DNA of 64,000 nucleotides from Octopus vulgaris (taxonomy: Eukaryota). Shown piece after piece: positions 39,669 through 52,970 of this stretch (position 1 is the first letter of the stretch; every line of letters starts with the position of its first letter). The translations under genes were made by a program, and so were the position numbers. The notes beneath the pieces are model-generated. The model ran no database searches, was not told where the DNA came from, and saw only the letters and a list, made by a program, of their open reading frames with translations. Where the stretch lies: positions 40,486,001-40,550,000 of the forward strand of contig OX597830.1 in assembly GCA_951406725.2 (NCBI GenBank), given 5' to 3'.

Positions 39669-39756
39669 CTTCTGACATATGTTTCAAAGAAAACATTGTT
39701 ATTATTCCGGAGGGAATAAAATGATGTAAAACAATGCAATTATCTCGTCAGGGGAA
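39669..39756 (-). ncRNA. Type-I hammerhead-like motif with long stem II
   Basis: TTCCC-CTGACGA-GA..CATTGTT..AACAATG..TTT-GAAAC ATAT GTC-AGAAG: palindrome ACAUAUGU, GUC triplet. Confidence 0.7.
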
Positions 39757-40059
39757 ATAAAAAGAGAAACAAAACACATCAATAAGCTATTTTAATCAAA
39801 TGTGATTACCGCAGATATAATGAAGAAGAATGCTGGCAAGTTAATTTTTAAAAAGCTGTTAATAGATTTAACGTCAAAGGCAATTTAGAGAAAGAGAAAG
39901 AGGAAAAAGAAAGAAATTAATAGAAAATTAAGAGTGGAGAAATATAGTGTGATAGATAAATGGGAAAAAAGCTTAAAAGCATGGAAACAGCTATATGAAG
40001 TGGAAATGAAAAGTAAAAAACAGTTAAAGGTTGAATTTTATAGATTGGTAGGAATTACT

Positions 40060-41124
40060 TATAGGTATGTTTTTGCCACAGGACATGGTCTTGAGACCAT
40101 TGCTTTTCAAAGTAGCCCTCTCAGATATGCCCTCAGCTGCCCAGATAGCCACTCATGCTAGCTATGCAGACAAGACAAACATATCACAGAAAATACAGAA
40201 TCCCAGCGATGTTGCACACCTACAGCTGGAGTTGGACTTAATTTACAGATGGGCTGAGGACAATGATATGCAGTTTAATGCTGAAAAATTCCAAGCCCTC
40301 TGCTACCAGCATCCAAAACAATATAAAACTTACAGGGTACACTGGTCCACAGGGGATTACAATCCCAGAGCCTAAATCAGTGAGGGACCTGGACATCGGC
40401 ATGAGTGATGATACCTCTTTCCAAGTGCACATTACCAGGATGGCGACAAAGTGCAGACAACTGGCTGGATGGATCCTGAGAACATTCAGGACCAAAGGAG
40501 AAAACTATGATGGTCCTCCAGAGGACATTCTTCGTCAGCCACCTGGACTACTGCTCCCATCTATGGTCACCCAACAGTACAAAATTAACAGTAGACCTTG
40601 AGCAATCCAGTGAAGCTTCACAGAGAAGATGGTCTTATTGCAACAGCTCAGCTATTGGGAAAGGCTGAAACAGCTAAGACTCTACTCCCTACAGCAAAGG
40701 CGAGAGAGGTATACTGTAATATCTGGAAGATCCTGGAAGGAATTGTGTCAAATTTTGGCATTGAAATCTACACCAATGCCAGAACAGGTCGACACTGCAT
40801 AGTGCTAAAGATCCCAGCAATGCCATCACACTTCAGGACCAGTTACTGCAACAGCTTGGGTTTCAGGGGCCCACAGCTTTTTAATATTCTCCCAAAGAGC
40901 CTGAAGGACCTACTCAAAGTGGATGCAGGTGTTTTCAAATGAAAACTGGACCTCTTCCCATCAAGAGTCCCAGATGAGCCTACCTCACAGCAAGAAGTGC
41001 AAATGAGGGTAGCAACATCAAACTCACTTGCTCACCAAATGCCACATATAAGAGGAGGCTCTCAATAATAACAGTGTAGCAAAACAGCAGTGCCCCAGCA
41101 TGGCCACAGCTCTAAGCTGAAACT

Positions 41125-41130
<6 letters not shown>
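40060..41130 (+). mobile_element. CR1/L2-group LINE 3' fragment, decayed
   Basis: YADKT (YADDT), LQLELDLIYRWAEDNDMQFNAEKFQAL, VRDLDIGMSDD, GWILRTF, FRGPQLFNILP. 3' tail at 41087-41128. Confidence 0.9.
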
Positions 41131-41175
<45 letters not shown>

Positions 41176-41245
41176 TGGTAAAAACGGTAAGATAACAATA
41201 GAGACCTCAATATTATGTAAATAGAGGAATTTATCTGTAAAATAG

Positions 41246-41445
41246 TATGTGACAATTATTCAGTAGCCAAGATAAAACTCTGAGTTTCAGATGCCGAGGT
41301 GGAAATCCACCCACTTTATCAAAATGAATTTGCTGATGTGTTATGTCAGAGAGATAGGCCAGATAACCAAAGAGATGGTGGTGTGGATTTCCACCTCGGC
41401 ATCCGAAACTCAGAGTTTTATCTTGGCTACTGAATAATTGTCACA

Positions 41446-41447
<2 letters not shown>
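41246..41447. repeat. Foldback: 65-bp inverted arms (1 mismatch) overlapping a degenerate hammerhead
   Basis: 41246-41310 vs 41383-41447. Plus strand GCCAGATAA-CCAAAGA-GATG..CATC-C-GAAAC TCAGA GTT-TTATCTTGGC (41358-41427). Confidence 0.75.
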
Positions 41448-41531
<84 letters not shown>

Positions 41532-41588
41532 CATATATATATTAATGACTCTCCCCAGACACAACAGAATGTGCATGTATATATATTT

Positions 41589-41643
<55 letters not shown>

Positions 41644-41990
41644 AAAGAGCATGGTTAAATGTTAATTTTTTTCTCTCCCCATATGAAACAGATATGTGCT
41701 CCCTAGCTCCATATGCACTTGCAGAGAAATCTCATAAAGCATTGTATATATGTTTAATGCCAGGTACAGAAATTAACAAGAAGCACTAAGAACACACACA
41801 CACACATATAAAGACAGGAGAAGGTCGTATGTTCAAACAGTGAAAAATAAAGTTAAGAGAAAGTGTTAAAATGGCATTGAAAAAAATGATCTGAAGATGA
41901 AACTGCAAAACTAATTCCAAGATGAAACCAACAAACTAGTCTTCTTCACATGAAACAGAAAATCTTGTCTTAAGAAGGATAAAAAAATAC

Positions 41991-42032
<42 letters not shown>

Positions 42033-43668
42033 CAAAAATATATCTTTTATACTAGTGTTGTGCAATCTTAATTTTCTTCATTTTGTTGTTCTGCCAAACA
42101 GAAGAATAGAATTTCAATAAAAACAATAACATTTCAAAAAAAAAAAAAATGAATAAATGAAAAAAATTCAACCATTAACATTCATTCGCCTTTGTGGTTT
42201 TCTTATAAGTTTTATTATATTAAATTATAAAACGAAAGAAATTTATTAATATATATGTATATATGTGAATATATATGTGTGTGTGTACACACATAGACAG
42301 ATATATATATATATACACATATATAAATTTTATATATGTGTGTGTGTGTGTGTGTGTGTAGTTAGAGATATAGATATATACACATGTATGTTATTCATTT
42401 GTGAAACATTCATTGAAAAATTTCTTCTTTTCATAAAAAGTTTGAATATTATTTTTTGAAAATTTTACATTAATCTAAATGTATTTTAACTATTTCTTTT
42501 CTTTTTTTTTTCTTATTTCAATATACATTTTTTTTATTATTATGATTTTCATTTTATTCTTCACGACCTATTTTTTCCTAACCTCCAAATTTTAGTTTTA
42601 AATATAAAATTTTGTACTTTTCTATTTTATTTGAAAAGAGTAAAAAAGAAAAAAGAAAAAATTGCCAACGAACTTTACAGAGAATTCCTTGATGGCAGAA
42701 TGAACAAACAAATAGAAATCATGTATAGAAGGAATTTTATTCAACTTATGCTTTCAACATTTTTGAGAGAAAGCAATAACGGTAGATAACAAGAATCCAC
42801 TATCAAACAGATGATATAAAGAGCCAACATATGTGTGACTAGTTTTTTGTTTTTCTCCTAAAAAAAAATCTACCTTCAAAAGACAATTCGTTTTTGTTAC
42901 CCTCTGAATTCAAAGTGAACTAATGAAGGCTTTGGTAAAATATATGAAAAAATTACATTAAATTAAATTAAAATTAAAACAGAAATGGGTTTATGGCTTT
43001 GTTGGGTTTTTTTAGCTTCAAATTTTGATAATCATATTTAATCTGAAGGACTTTAATATTTTATCTTCTATAGTTTACAAAAATGGCCAGCAACTAAATT
43101 AAGATTTACAAATGTAAAAATAAACATGTCACTTGAGCACAATGCAATCCTCAGACCCATCAGATCTTTGTCAAAGCGTTCAACCCAAGCCAGCACAGAA
43201 CAAGGATGTTAAATGGTGGCAATGTTGATAATGATGATATCAAGCAAGAGATTAAGGGATTAGTTCCATATTGACAATCACAGTTATTAACATCTACTTG
43301 CTAAGAGAGACAGAGAAAAAGAGACAGACAGACAGAGACAGAGAGAGTGAATGAGAGAGAGAGAGAGAGTACAAAGCTCTCTAAAGTCCTTTCATTTATC
43401 ACACTCATTACAAATTTCGCATCAGCTCAAAGGTCAGCAAACTATGGCCCATCTCACCAACTTCACTGAATATGAGATGGTGCTAGCAAAAATAATTCTT
43501 TGTTTTCCTTGTCTTTGAGTTAACAAACAATAAAATCCAGTGTCAAAAAAATAGAATAAGAATTTTATTTTTGTGGTTTCCAATGAATCAATGTTTATCA
43601 TAATAATAATAATAATGATAATGATAATAATAATGATAATAATGATAATAATAATAATAAATAATAAT

Positions 43669-43985
43669 AGAGAAATACCAGCCACTGCAGGATGAGGTAG
43701 GAAAGTTATGGGGCATGAGGAAAGTAATGGTGATACTGGTGGTAATTGGAGCATTAGGAACAGTTTCCAAGAGCTTTAAAAAAACATATTAAAGGATATT
43801 GGAGCTGCTGTCAGGCTCAAAGTGATCCAGAAGACACCATTGTTGGGCACAACTCGCATTCTAAGGAGAGTATTGTCTCTTTGAGCCACAAGAGAAGGCA
43901 CCACTGGAAACCTTCGGTGATTTGTTATTGCCTGCTTTCAAGTAAAGAACAACTGGTAGTTAAGAACTATCCGAGAGTCTTTCAG
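43669..43985 (+). mobile_element. 5'-truncated R4/Dong-like (restriction-like endonuclease) non-LTR element in (TAA)n
   Basis: EKYQPLQDEVGKLWGMRKVMVILVVIGALGTVSK / IQKTPLLGTTRILRRVLSL* with (TAA)n on both sides. Confidence 0.75.
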
Positions 43986-44339
43986 AATAATAATAATGAT
44001 GATGATGATGATAGTCATGGTGTTGGTGGTGGTGGTGTTGGTGGTGATAATGATGATAGTCATGGTGGTGGTGGTGATGATGATGATGATTTCTTTTACT
44101 GACTACAAGGACCCAAAACATGGAAGACTATATAGAAGGACAAGTTTCAGCACAAAAAGATTACAAAAACAAAAAACATGTGGGGTTAACATCACTTGAG
44201 AGGAGATACTACCACATTAAAGAGTATAACAGGGGATATATAAAAGAAAGTAGAGAAATAAATAATAATTAAATAAATAAATAGATAGAAACCCCAATAG
44301 CAGGATTGCTCACTTAGGGTAATCTGAGAATTTGAAATC

Positions 44340-44399
44340 ACGTGTTAACAACAAATAAGACGAGGACAAATATCCATCAAATGTAAATAATGTAAATAG
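44340..44399 (+). mobile_element. Family E 3' tail fragment
   Basis: cgtgttaacaacaaataagacgaggacaaatatccatcaaatgtaaataatgtaaatag matches 57783-57840. Confidence 0.75.
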
Positions 44400-45379
44400 T
44401 GACTTGTCCTCTCCCTGCAAAATTGTAGAGCTTGTGCTAAAAACTAAAAAGAATTATTTACAACTGCTGGTGCTATGTAAAAAGCATCCAGTCCACACTG
44501 TAAAGCAGTTGGCATTTGGAAGGGCTTCAAACTGAAGAGATCGATAGAATAAGTACTAGGCTTACAAAGAATAAATCCTGCGGTCGATTTGCTCGACTAA
44601 AGGTGGTGCTCCAGCATGGCCACAGCGAACTGACTGAAACAAGGAAAAGAAAAGAATCTGGCCCACCTCCCAAAACAATTGCTGACACCTGCAGTCAGAG
44701 TCAACAAGCTAAGATGATTCTAGATTTTAACGTACAGGCATGACCGTGTGGTTAAGAAGCTCTCTTTGTAAACATATGGTTTTGAGTTCAGTCCCACTGC
44801 GCAGCTTCTTAGGCAAGTGTATTTAGGCAGACCAATTCCTTGCAAGTGAATCTGACAGAAACTGAGTGCGGGTCTTTCTTGTATGTGTGTAAGCACGCAT
44901 CTTTGTTTTTGTTTCCATCTCCATAACTTAACAGTTTGACAAAAGAGGACTGATAAAACAAGTATCATACTTAAAAAGTAATCACTGAGGTTGATTTGTT
45001 AGATGAAATTTTTCAAGGCATCGTTCTCTGACTGAGACAAGTAAAAAAAAAAAAAAAAAAATACAACCAAAGAATTGAACTCCTTTTGTCAATGAGCAGA
45101 ACCAACCCGAATAACTAACTTTAATTTTCAATGTGCTAAGTAGAGGGGAATACGCAACAACCATTTCCAAGACTAGCAAGGGAATATTTAGTTCAGGAAA
45201 ATTGACTTGTACAGATAACTGATCTGACCATAAACAAAGGAAGCCATATTGAATGTAATTGCTATAAGACAAAAAGCATGTTTGCAGTACATTTATGTCA
45301 ATTAATTGATAAATGTTGCACTTGTGTGCAATAAAGTTTGATGTATTTCTGACACAATTCAGGCTCTGTAGAACCTCAC

Positions 45380-45442
45380 TTTGCTGTCTGATTGTTCATC
45401 AGAAAGCGAGCAAGCGAGGCCAGAGATTGGCCCATTAGAAAC
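45380..45442 (-). other. Candidate 63-nt cassette exon
   Basis: ttaaag|GTTTCT...AGCAAA|gtgagg, open as [21 protein letters not shown]. Weak acceptor. Confidence 0.15.
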
Positions 45443-45470
45443 CTTTAATCAAAGATATATATATATATAA

Positions 45471-45521
<51 letters not shown>

Positions 45522-45635
45522 GATATATTTATATATATATATGCATGTGTATATATATATATTTATGTATGTATATATATCTATCTATATATATATATAC
45601 ATATATATATATGCACAAACATATATATATATATA

Positions 45636-45675
<40 letters not shown>

Positions 45676-45859
45676 TATACACACACACATATTTATATAT
45701 ACACATACATACATAATATACACATACATACATAATATACACATAATATACATATAATATACATACATATGTAAACATATATTTACACACACACACATAT
45801 ATATATATATACACACACATACATAGATAATATGTATATAACATACATATGATATAAAG

Positions 45860-46045
45860 TTAATCCAAACAAGAAAGCACAAAAAAACACAACAACGCGA
45901 GGACGTGGAACAAATATAGTATTATTGGACACTCAGGAAAGAAGGAGGGTTTAACATTTCGAGCGGAGCTCTTCGTCGGAAACATAGGAGAAGGAAAGAT
46001 CCAGAGAAGGGAAGACAGAGGAAAAAAAATCGCCAACAGTACACG
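45860..46045 (-). mobile_element. Short PLE-like repeat with hammerhead
   Basis: Related to 24929-25095 and embedded in (TA)n/(CA)n. Confidence 0.65.
45949..45983 (-). ncRNA. Minimal hammerhead-like motif (CCGACGA variant)
   Basis: GTTT-CCGACGA-A-GAGC TCC GCTC-GAAAT-GTT-AAAC: stem I GUUU/AAAC. Confidence 0.6.
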
Positions 46046-46499
46046 TACACACACATAAATATATATGACTGGCTTCTTTCAGCTACCATCAATCAAATCC
46101 ACTCACAAGGTTTTGGCTGGCCTGGGGCCATAGTGGAAGACACTTGCTCAAAGCACCTGACACAGTGGGGACGGAACCCAAGAGCAAATGGTCCAGAAGC
46201 AAGCTTCCTACCACACAGCCACACCAGCGCCAAATGTTTACGAATACAAAATGAATTTTCGAAAAATAGATTGTTGCTTTATTACTAAGTAAATATGATG
46301 CAGAGATTTGATAAAGCGAAACAGAGGTCTTCATTTTTGTGGTGGTGGTCGTGGTGGGTGATCACTTTAAAGTGTTGAAATACAATGGTTCCAACGAGGA
46401 AAGAATAGTACAGAGATAAGAAAATATTTTATGATGGTACTGCTTCACCAGTTCAATAGACCAATAGTGTAACAAACCAATCACGTTTGAACCAGTTTG

Positions 46500-46673
46500 G
46501 TTGGTCATATATAATATATGTATATGTGTGTGTAGTATGTATATATATACCTATATTTGTATGTATATATGTGTGTATGTATATATGTGTGTGTGTGTGT
46601 GTTTACATGTGTGTATACATATATGTGTGTGTGTGTGCGTATATATGTGTGTATGTATGTATACATATGAGTG

Positions 46674-46706
<33 letters not shown>

Positions 46707-46828
46707 GTGTGTGTGTGTGTCTTGTGTGTGTAAAGCAAAAGTCCCAAAGAAGCTGTTTTGGTGTGTATATACTTATGTATGTATATATGTGTATATATAT
46801 GTATGTATACATATCTATATACACACAA

Positions 46829-46869
<41 letters not shown>

Positions 46870-46981
46870 GCAAGAGTCCCAAAGAAGCCATTTTGATGTG
46901 TATATACCTATATTTGTATGTATATATGTGTATATGTATACATATATGTGAGTGTGTGTATACATATCTAAATACACACAA

Positions 46982-47024
<43 letters not shown>

Positions 47025-47050
47025 GCAAAAGTCCCAAAGAAGCTGTTTTG
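46500..47050. repeat. Higher-order tandem repeat of microsatellite plus aagcaa(a/g)agtcccaaagaagc unit (x3)
   Basis: Unit anchors at ~46733, ~46868 and ~47023. Confidence 0.85.
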
Positions 47051-48929
47051 GTAGATAAACTGATGATTTACATGACATCAGAGTTTGATGAATGAAGATA
47101 AACAGAAGGAGTGAGCATGGAAAGAGGGAGAGAAAGAGAGTGAAAGAAAGAATGAGAATGCCAGAAAGAGTGAGAGAGGAAGAGAAAAGAAGAAAGAGAT
47201 AGGTGAGAAGGAAAGGAATAAAAGGGTATGAAAGAAAGGCTAACCGAATGAGAAAATAAAGTAAGGTAAGAATGAAAGTGGAAATAAAGAGTGAGGAAAA
47301 AGACAGAGAGAGATAGGGAAAGAGAGTGTGTATAATGAAAGAGAGAGAGATGAGATGGGAGCAAGAGAGAGTGTGAGAGAAAGCAAGAGATAGAATGAGA
47401 GTTAAAGAAGGAGAGAGAGAGAGAGAGAGAAAGAGGAAGAGTGGAAAGTGTGCAAAATAATTTATTTCTTTTCTACTCTAGGCACAAGGCCCGAAATATT
47501 TTGTGGAGGGTCCCAGTCGATTAGATCGACCCAGTATGCAACTGATACTTAATTTATCGAACCCAGAAGGATGAAAGGCAAAATTGACCTTGGCAGAATT
47601 TGAACTCAGAATGTAAAGACAGAGGAAATACCTATTTCTTTACTACCCACAAGGGGCTAAACACAGAGAGGGCAAACAAGGACAGACAAACAGATTAAGT
47701 CGATTATATCGACCTCCAGTGCATAACTGGTACTTATTTAATCGACCCCGAAAGGATGAAATGCAAAGTCGACCTCGGCAGAATTTGAACTCAGAACATA
47801 GCGGCAGACGAAATACCGCTAAGCATTTCGTCCGGCATGCTAATGATTCTGCCAGCTTGCCATCTTGGAATGAGTGCAAAATAATAAGAAAGAAATAGGG
47901 AGAACATAAAAGAAAATGGTAATGGAAGTGAGTGTCTGAAGAAAATGAGAAGGTTTGTGAAGAAGAAAATGTTAAAGAAAGAGAGAGAGAGAGAAGCAAA
48001 GGTGAGAGATAGATAGATAGACAGGCAGACAAACAGAGAGAAAGTGAGAGAGAGACAGAGAGATTAAACAGAGAAAGATATAGACAAACAGACAGAAGAG
48101 GCTACTAGCAAGGTAAAAAGAGGGAGTGGATGGAGAGAAAGAAAGAAAGAAAGGAAAGAAGTAAGGAAGGAAGGAAGGAAGGAAGGAACAAAGAAAAGAG
48201 TGAATTTTTGAAAAAACCAAAACATGGGTGGGTGGGTGAGAAAGATTAGAAAACCCTTTTCTAAGAACTCTATCCACCATCAGTAACCTTAGCATGACCA
48301 CCACCTCTAGTAAAAAATAAAGACAATGAGAAAAGGAAAGAAGTGAAGAAAGAAAGAAGGAAGAACAGGAAAAACAAAAAAAGCAAAGAAACTACTGAAT
48401 CAGACTTCCTATTTCTCAATTTTGCATCAAGTTCCATGTCTCCCACCCACCACCTTCCCACCCCAATCCCAGTTGCACCGGAAGGGAAATTTTCTGTTTG
48501 ATATCAAATTCTGAAATCTTCGAGTTTTGATGCTGAACACTACCAAAGTCTTGAAGACTCAAGAGAATAACAGCATGTCTGCGTAGGAGTGTGTTTGTTC
48601 TGCAGAACAATAAAAAAAAGAAAAATTACTTTAAAATATTTTTTAAATATAAAAAAAAAAAACCTCAATGCCAATTTATAAGCATAAAAGAATAGAAAAA
48701 AAAATTGGTAACTGACTTATGTTTCATCTTGCAAGTTGTCAAAGGATTTCTTTGAAAACATTGCACAAAATTTTCAGTACCTAAGCACATTCAAACTTAC
48801 ATTGATTCCATAAGCAGAGAACTTGCCTTGTGAACACCTTCTAGTGGAACCAACCCAATTTTGTCTCTTTTATCATCAAAATAAAAAGAAATTATTAAAG
48901 GAAAAGGCACTATTCACACAGAGAAAACA

Positions 48930-49880
48930 CTACAGCACCACACTTTGTCCATCATTCCCTGCTTTTCGTATGCAAGCTGGCAGGGTTCACTCCAAGCACT
49001 CTAATTTTTTCTCATATTCCTCAAAGCATGAGTGACACTCAAATGAAACCTTCACAGTCACTCCAAATGCTGGGCCTTACTATCACTGAGGATCTCTTCT
49101 TATTTCTTTATTGCCCACATGGAGCTAAACATAGAAGGGACAAACAAGGACAGACAAAGAGATTAAGTCAATTAGATCGACCCCAGTGCATAACTGGTAC
49201 TTAATTTATCGACCCCGAATGGATGTAAGGCAAAGTCGACCTCAGCGGAATTTGAACTCAGAACGTAACGGCAGATGAAATACCGCTAAGCATTTCGTCC
49301 GGTGTGCTAACGTCTCTGCCAGCTCGCCGCCTTTCAGAGATCACCCTGAGGATCTCTTCTAGTGAAAGCACATCCTTAGCATCACTTGGAATACATCTCA
49401 AAGACAAGCTTTTCACTTTAAGGCCAGAAGATTTTTAAGTCCTCAATAACTGCTGACACTCCACACAGCTAAAGTGAGGTCCACAATGGGGCACTGCACC
49501 CATATCTGGGACAGTGCTGCAACCATGTACACTGATATCCTGGCCTGCAACCAAAGAAGGGACACCAGGTTGATTGGCATTTCACCACTAAGAGGCACAG
49601 TGCAGCATCCTCCCCACAGGCATGCTGTCTCCTCTCTGTCACTTCTACCACTACTATGATGGCCTCTGCTCTTCTGAGTAAGCTGACCTCATACATCCAT
49701 CATTCAATCGCTACCAACCCATTCATCTTTCCATCCCTTCTCACCTCTGTAGCATTCAATCTTCCCCTGACAACATCCACTAACCACTCAACCCAATCCT
49801 TCTTCCCCAGAATATAGATCCTCTGGAATCTCATTCCTGCTTATGTCTTTCCTGCAACAGATTAAATATAACATTAATGG
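48930..49880 (+). mobile_element. CR1-like LINE 3' fragment interrupted by a family B SINE with 15-bp TSD
   Basis: KVRSTMGHCTHIWDSA..RRDTRLIG and HRHAVSSLSLFYHYYDGLCSSE. TSD ctgaggatctcttct at 49086-49100 and 49346-49360. Confidence 0.7.
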
Positions 49881-52603
49881 CATCGAGCTCACCAATCATC
49901 CGACGAGTTATCTGACAAAGATATCATGACAGAACTATCAAAATTTGTGCTCATTGATGCTTTTCCTTTGCTGTTTGTAAACCTACATTATTGACTCAAC
50001 ATCAGATTTCCTTCCATAATATGCATGGTCATATCAACCAGTCAATCAATTATCTGAAACAGCTGTAATGATAAGACTTAATTTCATCATGTAATTTGTA
50101 TATGTGGCTTTCATACAAACACATTCCTTGCACCTGTTATTGTTAGTCTATCTTTCTACTTATACACACACACACACACACACACCTTTTATCTTTTACT
50201 TGCTTCAGTCATTAGACTGCAGCCATGTTGGAACACCACCATGAAGAATTTTTAGTCGAATGAATCAATCTCAGAACTCGTTTTCTTTTTTCAAGCCTGG
50301 TACTTATTTTGTTCGTCTCTTTTGCTGAACTGCTAAGTTACAAAGATGCAAACACACCAACACCAGTTGTCAAGCAGCAGTGGAGGACAAACACAGACAC
50401 AAAAACACACACTCAAAGATACATACAACAAGCTTATTTCAGTTTCTATCAACCAAATCCATTCACAAGGCTTTGGTTGGCCCAAGGAAGTAGTAGAAGA
50501 TACTTGTCCAAGGTGTCACACAATGGGACTGAACCCAGAAGCATGTGGTTGGGAAGCAAGCTTCTTACCACACAGCCTAGTGTGTGTGTGTGTTAGTATG
50601 TACTCAGAAAATGTATAAGATATAAGCTTGTATTCTATAAAATGGGATTTTGAATCTTTGTGCAGGATTCTCATCAGCTCATTTGGGGATCCAGTGTAAT
50701 CATCATTTTTCCCCTGCAGAACTTAACACAAAAATGTTTAAAAGTTTACAGTTTAATCGAAGAATGCATACATTAAGAGTGTTTCGTGTTCAAATCACTT
50801 TGTTTTTTCAAGTTGACAAATTCAAACACAACCCAAGGAAGCTTTTAAATATTTTAACAAGGAAAAGCTTATTTACATTTGATCCCAAAGCTGCAGATAA
50901 GAATCTTGAAGAAAACATTAACATCTACAAATATCCTCATTTAAGAGAGAAAGGGAGATGGTGGGGTATGAGAGTGTATGAAGCTCATTTGGTCCCACCA
51001 GACCAATATCACCACTCTCATCCACCCTTTCATAAAATTTAATGGGAGGCAGTATGTCTTTCTCTACTCTCACCTACCCCTCTAAATGACATTTGAAAAA
51101 GCTGACAAGAGCTCACCCCACAAGGAAAAACTCTCTTCTCAAACCATTCAACTGCATCTATCATACAACTTGCTTCATAATAGCCACCAAGCAGAGGAAG
51201 ACCAACCTCTACAGAAAGTCAGTGGGTTGATCTTTGCAATGGACATAACTGGCAAACAGACCCATCCTGCAAGTGATAAACATAAACACAGAAACCAGAA
51301 ATATATAACTATTGAATGAGTGCAGAATTTAAACTTAGAATGGTAAGTGTCAGAGGTTATATACAGCAAGGCAGGTGGATATATAGGAGACATTACCAGA
51401 TTCTCTGACATACAAGTTCACCATCATCTCTTAACATCCCATTATCCATGCTGGCACGGGTTGGATGGTTTGACCAGAGCTGACAAGCTGATGTGGCTGC
51501 ACCAGACTCCAGTCTGATTTAGCATGGTTTCTACAGTTGGATGCCCTTCCTAATACCAACCACCCCAAGAGTGTAATAGGTGCTTTTACATGGCACTATC
51601 ATGGGTGCCAGTTGCATGACACCAGTATCTTCTACCCCCATGCTTTCACGTGGCTCAACGGGTCTTCTTCTCAAGCACAGCATATTGCTGAAGGTTTCAG
51701 TCAATTTTCATGGCCTTCATAAGGCCCAATACTCAAAAGGTACTTTTCACATGCCACTAGCACAAGTGCCAGTAACACAACACTGGCGTCAGCAACATAG
51801 CCTCCATGAGACCCAACGCTCAACAGGTGTTTTTTACATGCCACCAGCATGGATGCCAGTTGCCTCATAGTATATAGTGTAACTATTCAAATGTTATCAC
51901 TGTCTTCCTAAATCCTGCAGCATTTCTCAAATGATTTTTGGCCCTCCAAAGATATCTGTCAAACTGCTAATTTTGGCTGTAAATTTTGGTTTAAAGGGGG
52001 AAAATGATGATTTCAACTTGAATGCAAGAAAATACAGCATATGTGATAACTGCTTATAACAAAAACCAAGAATTTGCAAGAAATGGGTTAGTTGATTAAA
52101 TTGATGCTGGTATTTCACTGGTTCTTTAATTGATTCCAGAGTGATGAAAATCAAAGTTGAGTTCAATGTAATTTAAACCCAGAATGTAAAAGTCCTGAAA
52201 CATATACCATCAGATATTTTGCCAAAAGGAGGACAATATAGGGTGATATTACTATCATAATAATGATCCTTAGGTTCCATCAACCCAGATAAGAAAACAA
52301 AGTTGACATTGGCAGGATTTGAACCTAGAATGTAAAAACACAAGAGTACAAATGGGAATGACATTACTATAATAATCCTTTCTACTATAAGGCACAAGGC
52401 CTGAAATTTTTGGGGAAGAGAGTAATTACATCGACCTTGGTACTCAACAGGTATTTATTTCATTGACCCAAGAAGGATGAAAAACAAAGACAACCTTGGA
52501 AGTTTTTGAACTGAGAATATAATAATGAATGAGCAAATGTTGAGCGTTTTGTCTGGTATGCTAACAATTCTGCCAGGTTACTTACTGCCTTAATAATAAT
52601 ATT

Positions 52604-52970
52604 AACAAGAGCACTCAGAGAGTGCAAACCTCCACCAAGGCAACACCAACATCCTCTCAATGATTAGCTGGAGATGATTTTTTTAAAAATGAGAATATCT
52701 GAAATAAATTCAACTGCTCTCACAAATTAGAATACTAAAACTGAACCTGGCTGCTCTCAAAAATTAAGTAAAACAACAGGAAAAATAATCCAGAATCCTT
52801 GTCTGGTACCAGATCAATCCCAAAAATCTAATCAGTTTGTGCCAGTCATGAGGCAAAACATCCCTGAAAGTTTCATCTAAATCCATCCAGTGGTTCTTGA
52901 GATATCTTGTCCAAGGGCAAACAAACTAGACTGAAAACAATACCGCCATTCTTCACTAAGGCGGAGGCAA
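52604..52970 (-). mobile_element. Helentron-associated non-autonomous element (HINE), complete copy
   Basis: Subterminal IR acctccaccaagg / aaggcggagg, terminal hairpin gcactcagagagtgc, inserted in (TAA)n. Confidence 0.75.

Noticed and set aside
50650-51411. 130-aa ORF and neighbours as host exons
   Set aside because: No recognisable motifs, non-ATG start and no convincing splice pair. Left unassigned.
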